Part shown: piece after piece, positions 10,549-18,386 of the stretch
How the letters are laid out: each line of letters opens with the position of its first letter
How positions within the stretch are numbered: the first letter of the stretch is position 1
DNA from: Desulfocapsa sulfexigens DSM 10523
Lineage (GTDB): Bacteria; Desulfobacterota; Desulfobulbia; Desulfobulbales; Desulfocapsaceae
Assembly (NCBI RefSeq): GCF_000341395.1
Contig: NC_020304.1
Location: 3,120,001-3,152,000 of the forward strand
DNA length: 32,000 nt
Reading direction: 5' to 3'
Made by a program: the position numbers and the translations under genes
Notes under the pieces: model-generated
Told to the model about the DNA's origin: nothing
The model's input: only the letters and a program-made list of their open reading frames with translations
The model's database searches: none

Positions 10549-11189
10549 TTCATCGAACAGGAATTCTTGGCGGTACCTTTGATCCCGTCCATAATGGTCA
10601 CCTGGCACTTGCTGCCGCCGCCGGGAATGTATGTGATCTCTCGGAGGTTGTTCTTTTACCAGCGGCAGTCCCGCCTCACAAAGCAACTAAGGACATTACA
10701 AAATTTTCACATCGAGCAGCCATGCTGACCCTGGCGGTCAGGGATAACCCGCTTTTTTATGTGTCTACTATTGAGGAACTGTTACCCTCACCTTCCTATA
10801 CCATTGACACACTGCAGTATTTAAGAATTCACTCCGCCGGGGCAAGCCAATTTTATTTTATTACAGGTGCCGATGCATTTCTTGATATCCTTTCCTGGCA
10901 CAAATACGAAGACGTGCTCATGGCTAGCCATTTTATCGTTTTTTCGAGAAATGGTTGTAAAAACAAAAAACTGAACAAACTGTTGCTCTTTCTGAATTAC
11001 AAAAAACAAACCAATAACTGGTGGTATAATCAAAAATCCAGAAAGTCAATATATACATCAACCATTGCCCTCCCCACGGTTTCATCCTCTGAAGTTCGAA
11101 AACGGATTTCCAGTGGAAAAGGTGTGGATTCTCTGGTTCCTGAAGAGGTTGCCAGATATATAAGAGACCATGGACTCTATAAAGCCTGA
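10545..11189 (+). CDS. nadD: Nicotinate-nucleotide adenylyltransferase
   Basis: GTG start overlaps the proA stop by 4 bp; GILGGTFDPVHNGHLALA, FITGADAFLDILSWHKYEDVL, VSSSEVRKRISSGK. Confidence 0.96.
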   Translation: MIHRTGILGGTFDPVHNGHLALAAAAGNVCDLSEVVLLPAAVPPHKATKDITKFSHRAAMLTLAVRDNPLFYVSTIEELLPSPSYTIDTLQYLRIHSAGASQFYFITGADAFLDILSWHKYEDVLMASHFIVFSRNGCKNKKLNKLLLFLNYKKQTNNWWYNQKSRKSIYTSTIALPTVSSSEVRKRISSGKGVDSLVPEEVARYIRDHGLYKA

Positions 11190-11258
11190 TCAACTTGAGG
11201 TGTATCACATGGTGGGGGTGTGAAAGGGTGATAAAAAAAGTTTCTGCTGCAGAAAAGG

Positions 11259-11289
11259 TTGACTTGTTCGCTCTGCTTGATGCTATAAT
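11259..11289 (+). promoter_or_regulatory. Weak candidate promoter upstream of the CheB-like gene
   Basis: TTGACT (11259-11264), 19 bp spacer, perfect TATAAT (11284-11289). The long spacer lowers confidence. Confidence 0.35.
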
Positions 11290-11358
11290 AACAAAATCAC
11301 ATACGGATACCGCAGTTTAAATAGTATATTTTTCAATTCTGTAATAAAAAAACATGTT

Positions 11359-12567
11359 ATGAGCACGAGTGAACATCTCCAAAATCCTGTTAAAGTTCTT
11401 ATTGTAGACGATTCTTGGGTTCTACGCAGAGTGCTGCGTGGTACCCTCGCCAAGAGAGATGATGTCTCCGTAGCAGGTGAAGCAACAAACGGAATAGAGG
11501 CTTTGGAGATGATACTGAAACTTCAACCGGATGTGATCCTTCTGGACATGGAAATGCCGGTTATGGATGGGATGACCACTCTGCAGCATTTGATGATCCA
11601 CACGCCAACACCGACTATAATGCTTTCTTCTCTGAGTAAAAAAGGGACTGCCCGTTGTTTTGATGCTTTGAAGTATGGTGCAGTAGATTTTGTATCAAAG
11701 AATAGTTTTTTTCAGGGAATGGATAGCACTGCTCACTCAAAACTTGTACTAAATAAAATATTTGCTGCTGCTAAAACCTCCGTCCAGTCTATTGACCCAA
11801 TGCACCAGAAAGATGAGTCCGGTGTAGTAGGAAAGCTCCGTGAAAAAGTTGTTTTCTGTGAGGATTGTGGAACCAGGCAGAGCGTGAAGGCCTGGCCGCT
11901 CAATGACGATGTTATTAAATGCCAGAAATGTGGCGATGATATACCAGTTCTTATGAATAAACGTTATCGACGGATGAACTTTATCACAGTAATTGGTGCA
12001 GGAGAGGGTGGCTACGCCAACCTTCTCAAGATGATTCCGGCCCTGAGTCCAGAGATGGGCGGGGCAATCTGTGTTATGGTTCTGGATGACCGCAATCGCG
12101 TTCAGTCATTTGTTAAATATCTTGATGCAATCAGTGATTTTGACGTCTTACTTGGAAAAAATGGTACTACCCTTGAAGGTGGGTGCTGCTACCTTTTTTC
12201 AGGGGCTGAACAGGTGCTCCTGTCACCTTATTCCGGGAATTATAGCTTTAAGATCCAGCCAACTGCTAACACCGATTCCTCTGCAAGAATAGATGAATTA
12301 ATGGCCTCCGCAGGGACCCTGTTGAAAGATCGTGTAGCCGGTGTTTTGCTCTCCGGGGAGGAATCCGATGGAAGTAGGGGGATTGAAAAGATTCTCGCCG
12401 AGGGAGGGAATTGTTTTGTTTTGAATCCAGATCACTGTTTTCATAAAACTATGACCAGTGGTCCCTTTGTGCGATTCAATCTTCAAGGGGGGCTTAATGA
12501 GACCCTGCTTGCGGCTAAAATCCAGGAATGTCATTTCGCAAAAAAAGAAAACGTTATTACCGCCTGA
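11359..12567 (+). CDS. Receiver protein with Cys4 zinc-ribbon-like linker and CheB methylesterase-like domain lacking catalytic Ser and His
   Basis: 402 aa: receiver VLIVDDSWVLRR...LLDMEMPVMDG...; linker CEDCGTRQSVKAWPLNDDVIKCQKCG; CheB-like IGAGEGG...GVLLSGEESDGSRG. Confidence 0.8.
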   Translation: MSTSEHLQNPVKVLIVDDSWVLRRVLRGTLAKRDDVSVAGEATNGIEALEMILKLQPDVILLDMEMPVMDGMTTLQHLMIHTPTPTIMLSSLSKKGTARCFDALKYGAVDFVSKNSFFQGMDSTAHSKLVLNKIFAAAKTSVQSIDPMHQKDESGVVGKLREKVVFCEDCGTRQSVKAWPLNDDVIKCQKCGDDIPVLMNKRYRRMNFITVIGAGEGGYANLLKMIPALSPEMGGAICVMVLDDRNRVQSFVKYLDAISDFDVLLGKNGTTLEGGCCYLFSGAEQVLLSPYSGNYSFKIQPTANTDSSARIDELMASAGTLLKDRVAGVLLSGEESDGSRGIEKILAEGGNCFVLNPDHCFHKTMTSGPFVRFNLQGGLNETLLAAKIQECHFAKKENVITA

Positions 12568-12600
12568 ATTTTAATTCCCTTCTTTAAAAGGATTGTTTCT

Positions 12601-12993
12601 ATGGAGAAAGTTGATCCAGTCGAAAGACGTGCTTATTGCCGTGTGTCCATTGATATGGACATTGAAGTGTGTCACATTCAGGATGAGGGACAATCTTTCG
12701 ATCTTTCCGTTATTTTATGTCGCGGAAGAGATGTAAGTGGCGGTGGGATTTCATTTTACGGTCACATTCGATATACGAATGAGAGTCTCCTACGTCTTCA
12801 GATTCCCCTTTCAACTAAAGAAAGTACCTCCCGGACAGATGGCGTAAGACTTCTTAAAGTGTTGGGAAAGGTTATGTGGTGCAAGAAGAACATTGATACA
12901 AACAGCTATGTTACAGGTGTACAGTTTTTAAATATTTATGAACAGGATTTTAAGATACTGGTTGATTATGTTCATGGCTGTCTAAGTGTTTAA
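12601..12993 (+). CDS. PilZ domain protein (candidate c-di-GMP binder)
   Basis: 130 aa: ERRAYCR (RxxxR) and DVSGGGISF (D/NxSxxG) match the PilZ binding motifs. Confidence 0.82.
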   Translation: MEKVDPVERRAYCRVSIDMDIEVCHIQDEGQSFDLSVILCRGRDVSGGGISFYGHIRYTNESLLRLQIPLSTKESTSRTDGVRLLKVLGKVMWCKKNIDTNSYVTGVQFLNIYEQDFKILVDYVHGCLSV

Positions 12994-13011
12994 ATGTAAT
13001 AAAATAGATAG

Positions 13012-14616
13012 TTAGGCAATGTGAAGTAACTCCTTAATACATCCTGGTATTGCGTCTCCAAGCTCAGAAGCTGTATAGCCAAATCCACTCTGCCTATAGA
13101 GGAGATCTCCGGCCATTCCATGGAGAAACACTCCAGCGGCAGCAGCTCTTTCAACGTCCAGGTTTTGACAGAGCAATGCGCCAATTATACCAGTTAGCAC
13201 ATCTCCCATACCTCCGGTAGCCATTCCGGGGTTTCCGCTGGTGTTGATATAGGTGAGGCCTGCTGAAGAGGTGACAATGGTTCCGGCACCTTTTAAAATC
13301 ATAATACAATCTTTACGGCCCATGCTGTAAATTCTGCACGCCTCCCTTGCTGCCTTTACACGATTTTCTCTGACGGTATCAGTTGAACCGCCAAGAAGTC
13401 TTGCCATTTCTCCTGGATGTGGCGAGAAAATTCTAGGCCCTGCAGGAACAGGAAGTTTTTTACGATTCTTAGCTAGAATGTTCAAGGCATCAGCATCGAT
13501 TACCATGGGTAAGGTGAGTGTTTCGTAAAGATTCAGTACAAGTTCAGTTGTGGTTGACTCGGTACCGATTCCAGGACCTATAATCAAAGCATTTTTTTCC
13601 TCGATGTGCTGTTTGATATGTTCAAGGTCTTGCATGGAGGGTACTGTTGTGGATTTCGGCAGGGGAATGGTCATTGCTTCAACAAGGAGTGTTTCGTAGA
13701 CAGAATTCAAATCCGTCGGGCTGAAAAGACTGACCAGCCCGCTTCCTGTACGAAGTGCCCCCTTAACAGCAAGTACAGCAGCACCCGTCTTTCCTATGGA
13801 TCCAGCAAGAACCACAAGATGTCCATGAGTGCCTTTATGGGCATTGTCCACCCTTTTTAGAGATGAGACCATGGCTGCGGCAGATCTTTTATCGAGAAGC
13901 TCAGTAGTGATTTTGGCACGTTGCATAGCCTCTGGAGGAATGCCAATGTCAATAACAGAAATTTTTGCGGCAAACTCGGGGCCGTTGTGAAGGATATGGC
14001 CTGGTTTCGGGCAGCCATAGGTTGCAGTATAACTTGCACGAACACAGGTTCCAAGAACCTTGCCGTTGTCGGAATCCATTCCGGATGGGATATCTACGGC
14101 GATAACGGGAATACCACGCACTGCATCAGAATGATTGATAAAACGTATAGTTTCCGCGAACTGTTTTGTGACTACACGTGCCAGTCCGGTGCCAAAGATG
14201 GCGTCTACTATTGCATAACAGGGGGTACCCTGATTCATAAATTGTTTGTAAAGAACCGGGAGCGTTTGAGCTCTGCTGATAGTGTCAATCACATGAAAGG
14301 GGAGCCGTAATTTGCGAACTATGGCCATATTGGCTGCAGCATCACCGGTTAGTTGATCGGGATCGACAAGAAAAAAGAAAATGGGCTTGCAGCCTCTCTG
14401 GTGAAGGTGTCTGCCAATAACGAGGCCATCTCCACCATTATTTCCAGGACCTACAAAAATGAGAGCGAATGAGCTGGAGGGAGAACCGAGTTCTTTTTCC
14501 ATCATCTGGACAGTCCCTAATCCTGCATTCTCCATCAGGACGATACCGGGAATGTGGTAGTCGTTTATTGCACTTTGGTCGAGGCCACGCATTTCTGCGG
14601 CATTGGGTAACTTCAT
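13012..14616 (-). CDS. nnrD: Bifunctional NAD(P)H-hydrate epimerase / ADP-dependent NAD(P)H-hydrate dehydratase
   Basis: 534 aa: GPGNNGGDGLVIGRHL, VAVDIPSGMDSDNG (NnrE-like half); GPGIGTESTT, ADALNILA, SPHPGEMARLLG, NPGMATGGMGDVLTGIIGALL (NnrD half). Confidence 0.95.
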   Translation of the reverse strand: MKLPNAAEMRGLDQSAINDYHIPGIVLMENAGLGTVQMMEKELGSPSSSFALIFVGPGNNGGDGLVIGRHLHQRGCKPIFFFLVDPDQLTGDAAANMAIVRKLRLPFHVIDTISRAQTLPVLYKQFMNQGTPCYAIVDAIFGTGLARVVTKQFAETIRFINHSDAVRGIPVIAVDIPSGMDSDNGKVLGTCVRASYTATYGCPKPGHILHNGPEFAAKISVIDIGIPPEAMQRAKITTELLDKRSAAAMVSSLKRVDNAHKGTHGHLVVLAGSIGKTGAAVLAVKGALRTGSGLVSLFSPTDLNSVYETLLVEAMTIPLPKSTTVPSMQDLEHIKQHIEEKNALIIGPGIGTESTTTELVLNLYETLTLPMVIDADALNILAKNRKKLPVPAGPRIFSPHPGEMARLLGGSTDTVRENRVKAAREACRIYSMGRKDCIMILKGAGTIVTSSAGLTYINTSGNPGMATGGMGDVLTGIIGALLCQNLDVERAAAAGVFLHGMAGDLLYRQSGFGYTASELGDAIPGCIKELLHIA

Positions 14617-14642
14617 TGCTGTTCCCTTGCAGAGGAAAAAGG

Positions 14643-14975
14643 TCAGGCAAGACCTTTTAAAAAGCCGATTATTGTGTCCGAGAGTTGCTGAGGGTCTGAC
14701 TCAGAATGTTTTATGATACCAAGGTAGTACCGGCCAAGAGAGAAAACGAGAATATTGTCGCCGGAGGCTCTTTCCACACAGCAATAGATATATCTTCGTC
14801 CTTCCAGGTCATCACTGAGAGAATCACAAAGTTTACCGCTTGTGACAATAGCAGATGAGAGGGCAACAGCTTCTTCGTAGTTTTCACTAACAACGTATCC
14901 GTCATTACGAACAAGGATGTACTTGGAAACGCCTTCAATGTCACCGAGTCTTGAAAAATCTTTTGCAGTGGCCAT
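14643..14975 (-). CDS. Roadblock/LC7-like protein
   Basis: 110 aa: LGDIEGVSKYILVRNDGYVVSEN... plus an alpha/beta pattern with GRYYLGIIK; size and layout fit a single roadblock domain. Confidence 0.6.
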   Translation of the reverse strand: MATAKDFSRLGDIEGVSKYILVRNDGYVVSENYEEAVALSSAIVTSGKLCDSLSDDLEGRRYIYCCVERASGDNILVFSLGRYYLGIIKHSESDPQQLSDTIIGFLKGLA

Positions 14976-14977
14976 AT

Positions 14978-15637
14978 TTATTCCTCTTTTTTACTTTGAA
15001 GGCTGTTTAAAAACTCGTTTCGATCATCCTCGTCGTCAATCTCTTCTTGTATCATGGAAATAAGTTCAGGAAGATTTTCGAGCGATGGGGTATTGTTTGA
15101 TGCCCATATCTCCACAGAATCATTGAAGACAAGCTCAGCAACAGGACCTATATAGTGGGCAAGTTGTGAATGAATATTCTCCAGAGGAAGTCGCAACTCA
15201 GACTCCTCGGAAAGAAGAATAGCCATTATATTGTCATTTGTCTGGGGATTCTCTGTGGCTTCCTGTGGTTCTGCAGAAATTTCAGCTTCAGGAGATTCCT
15301 CAGTCTGTATGTTCAGTGCCATTTGCACCGTCATTTTGATCATACCAGGGGAAAGTGAAGGCTGATGAAGCAGGAACAACCAATGTCCTTCTTGTATCAT
15401 GGTACCAAAAAGAATCATATCTCTAAAACAAACCCTGATACCTCCGGTATCATGAAAATGAACAGACATCATGGAGATAATTTTGGTCAACTTAAGGCTG
15501 ATTTGCTGCAATGACTCATCTTTTACAACACCACCAGTCTGGTTGGAATAAATTCCTCTATCAGGTGCATAAAGAAATCCCCCAGTAACTTCTGGAAGAC
15601 TGGCTATAATGTCAGCGAGCTTTGAATCGTATTCCAC
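14978..15637 (-). CDS. Roadblock-like N-terminal region plus C-terminal helical region
   Basis: 219 aa: LADIIASLPEVTGGFLYAPDRGIYSNQ...; C-terminal LENIHSQLAHYIGPVAELVFND. Its stop lies 2 nt upstream of the next gene's start. Confidence 0.5.
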   Translation of the reverse strand: MEYDSKLADIIASLPEVTGGFLYAPDRGIYSNQTGGVVKDESLQQISLKLTKIISMMSVHFHDTGGIRVCFRDMILFGTMIQEGHWLFLLHQPSLSPGMIKMTVQMALNIQTEESPEAEISAEPQEATENPQTNDNIMAILLSEESELRLPLENIHSQLAHYIGPVAELVFNDSVEIWASNNTPSLENLPELISMIQEEIDDEDDRNEFLNSLQSKKEE

Positions 15638-15839
15638 TGTATAATCTCCACGGCAATGTTTAAATTATCCGAAGTATGGACGAATAGATGGATATGCGAA
15701 AGCAGTATGAAAACTTTGCATAATATTTATTAGATTCTATAATGGAGAAATTTACCTGTCAAGGTGAAATAATTATGGAATCAACAGCTTGCGCAGGGTT
15801 CTTATTTTTTTGGTATTGGTTTAAGGGGAGTGATGAGAA

Positions 15840-16451
15840 ATGAACATTCTTGTTTTTCAACAGCATGGCTCAGGCGAACATAAAATTGAAGGCGTGTTGC
15901 ATTATGGCAAAGATATAAAGATAAACAGGATTATTACTATAGACACTCATTTACCTGAATTTATCGAAGATCCAGAGGATTGGATCGAAAGTGATTTTAG
16001 TGCTGATCTTGTCCTGAATTTCCTGAAACATCCTGATCTGGTTGACTATCTTATCCGTCTTTGTGAACAGAAAAGTATTCCAGTGGTATCCGCCGGCCAA
16101 AAAGGTGGTGGGTTCACTCCTTTTACCTGCTGTGGTCTCGGGAGAAATGAAAGGCTTGGAAGTTACGGGGATACCTTCGGATTACCTGAGTATAAGGTGA
16201 TTCTTGAGGGTGAGATTATTAGGGATATTGAGGTGATACGTGGCGCTCCCTGTGGAGCAACCTGGGATGCATTGCAGGAATACGTTGGTTGTCGTGTTGA
16301 TGACGTTCTCATCAGGTTGCCACGGCAGGTGCAATATTTCTGTTCGGCAGATCCCAGTGGTTTTGATCCGGTAAGTGGTAAGAGTCCTGTCCATTTTGCC
16401 GGATATGTTCACATTGCGGCACTGAAGAAGGCTATTGAAGAGGCTGGTTAA
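15840..16451 (+). CDS. DUF166 family protein (annotated elsewhere as thymidylate-synthase-like)
   Basis: 203 aa: SADLVLNFLKHPDLVDYLIRLCEQKSIPVVSAG, FGLPEYKVILEGEIIRDIEVIRGAPCGATWDAL match remembered DUF166 features. Confidence 0.7.
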   Translation: MNILVFQQHGSGEHKIEGVLHYGKDIKINRIITIDTHLPEFIEDPEDWIESDFSADLVLNFLKHPDLVDYLIRLCEQKSIPVVSAGQKGGGFTPFTCCGLGRNERLGSYGDTFGLPEYKVILEGEIIRDIEVIRGAPCGATWDALQEYVGCRVDDVLIRLPRQVQYFCSADPSGFDPVSGKSPVHFAGYVHIAALKKAIEEAG

Positions 16452-17941
16452 CTGGTTTCCTCATCAAGAAGTCCTTTGCAGAAACGACATGGCTCAAAGC
16501 CTGAATCCATAGCAACCTGGGTGTTAATAAATTCAATTGTACAATTTTTACAGTAGTAAAACTCACACCCAGGTACATGGAATATGTGACTATTGACATT
16601 TCCATGAATTGTACCCTCCGTTAAGTAGTCAACTCCTGTCATTATTGACGTTTTTGTGACAGGAGGCGGATTGGATGGTTGTGAAAGAGGAACAGGAATA
16701 CTGTCAGATTTTTCCATGGGTTTCTTGAATGGCCTTAAGATCTTGCTAAAGAAGGGTAGAACAATGTTATCCAGAAAAGCTATTGATCTGTTTGTTACGA
16801 AATGGGGGATAACTGGCTGCTCATTGGATGCCTGTTTAACAAAATAAAGGGTTAGGACAAGGAAAATTAGATTTGGAGTCCACATGGCGACAATTACTGG
16901 TAATCCTGTGTCTTCTGCGAGGGTTTTGCCAAGGGTGAATAGAATGTAATAAAGAATAAAAAAAGCGAGTCCAAGCGGCACGCCAAGAGTTTTTTTCCCG
17001 GGTCCTGCCTGGAGGCCCAGTGGCATGCCAAGTAAGCTGAGAATAAAACAACCAACGGGTAATACCAGACGTTTATGGTAATGGATGAGTTTTTTACGTC
17101 CACCCGTGGTATCTCTACCAAAAATATCCGCTGTTTCCTGCAGTTGAGCCATTGTCATGGAAGCGGTTGAGAGTGTGGTGACATCTTCACCATCTAAAAC
17201 GGTTGGCGGTTGCAGAGGAATATTGATTGTATATTTGTCAAAATTGACAATTTGGGAATTGTCATTGTCAGGGCGATGAAGGCTCCCGTTTTCGAGGGTT
17301 ATTGTGACCAGCATGCTGTCTACTTCAGCCGTCATTGTGCCAGACCGAGCCATAGTGATAATCGGGTTGACCTGGCCTCGCATGTCGGAGACCCATACAT
17401 TATCCCATTTACCGGTCTCCTTATCAATCCTTTCAACGTGGACAACCAGATCACCTAAAGCCTCGGTAAACTGGTGTTCTTTGATTCCCTTGTCGATTTT
17501 TTCCTTTGCCACCTGAAACATGAGTTGTTTCATGGCAATTTCTGACTTTGGAATAAGAACTATTGAAAAATATGCTGTGAGTATTGCTATTGCAAGAGAA
17601 ACCATAAGAACTGGTGGGACCATTTGATAGAGACTGAGTCCACTTGCTTTAAAGGCCAGAATTTCTGTATCACTCGAGAGTCTTGTAAATGAGATGATTA
17701 CTCCCATCATGGCGGACATGGGGATGGAATAGAGGAACATATTGGGAAAGAGGTAGAGAAAGAGACGAACGAAATCAACAAAAGAGATTTCAAGTTCGAG
17801 GACAACATTTAAAAAGGGAATAAGCTTTACCAGGAAGAAGACACTGTTCATAATGACAAAACTTGCAAAGAACGGCGCAAGCATCTCTGTGGCCAGATAG
17901 CTATATAAAAGTTTAGGAAATTTTGCGCTTTTTATGGTCAT
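16448..17941 (-). CDS. LptF/LptG family LPS export permease with C-terminal Ada-like metal-binding motif
   Basis: 497 aa: FFLVKLIPFLN, FLYLFPNMFLYSIPMSAMMGVIISFTRLSSDTEILAFKASGLS, LVLPVGCFILSLLGMPLG; tail HGNVNSHIFHVPGCEFYYCKNCTIEF...GFEPCRFCK. Confidence 0.92.
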   Translation of the reverse strand: MTIKSAKFPKLLYSYLATEMLAPFFASFVIMNSVFFLVKLIPFLNVVLELEISFVDFVRLFLYLFPNMFLYSIPMSAMMGVIISFTRLSSDTEILAFKASGLSLYQMVPPVLMVSLAIAILTAYFSIVLIPKSEIAMKQLMFQVAKEKIDKGIKEHQFTEALGDLVVHVERIDKETGKWDNVWVSDMRGQVNPIITMARSGTMTAEVDSMLVTITLENGSLHRPDNDNSQIVNFDKYTINIPLQPPTVLDGEDVTTLSTASMTMAQLQETADIFGRDTTGGRKKLIHYHKRLVLPVGCFILSLLGMPLGLQAGPGKKTLGVPLGLAFFILYYILFTLGKTLAEDTGLPVIVAMWTPNLIFLVLTLYFVKQASNEQPVIPHFVTNRSIAFLDNIVLPFFSKILRPFKKPMEKSDSIPVPLSQPSNPPPVTKTSIMTGVDYLTEGTIHGNVNSHIFHVPGCEFYYCKNCTIEFINTQVAMDSGFEPCRFCKGLLDEETS

Positions 17942-18146
17942 CTTCTGTCTTTGTCTTTATGAATTGTATGGATATGCGATATTCAACAACTGAAGCGTCA
18001 GAGTGTACAGAAAAATAGATAAGGTAACAAGAAAGATCTTTGTCCGTAGCGCAAAGCTTGTGAAAAATTGACAGATAAGGTAATCAGGCACAGGTTATGA
18101 TGAAAAGTGTTTAGCTATATATATCAGTTCGACGAAGGAGAGGAGT

Positions 18147-18317
18147 ATGCACTTATTTGAGACAGAAGAAGAGGGCGATATCTGGGTTTGTATCGCCTGT
18201 GGCAGGGAGCGTGAGGAGGAGATTAAGGCCAAAAACTGGGAATATCTTTTTGATCGGGATGACCCTGAACTTCGGTGCAAATTATGTGGCGGCCCCGATT
18301 ATGAAGTAGAAGATTAA
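18147..18317 (+). CDS. Small zinc-ribbon protein (56 aa)
   Basis: MHLFETEEEGDIWVCIACGREREEEIKAKNWEYLFDRDDPELRCKLCGGPDYEVED; two CxxC pairs and an upstream GAAGGAGAGGAG ribosome-binding site. Below the ORF-track length cutoff. Confidence 0.78.
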   Translation: MHLFETEEEGDIWVCIACGREREEEIKAKNWEYLFDRDDPELRCKLCGGPDYEVED

Positions 18318-18386
18318 CCTGTCCCTGTCAATAAGGATATCTTCATCGGAAGGCGTACTCTGCGAATAATCCAATGAAGATTTTTC

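Noticed and set aside
13921-14310. 129-aa plus-strand ORF over nnrD/nnrE, and similar ORFs at 13606-13860 and 14469-14660
   Set aside because: Shadows of the long conserved bifunctional gene on the minus strand.
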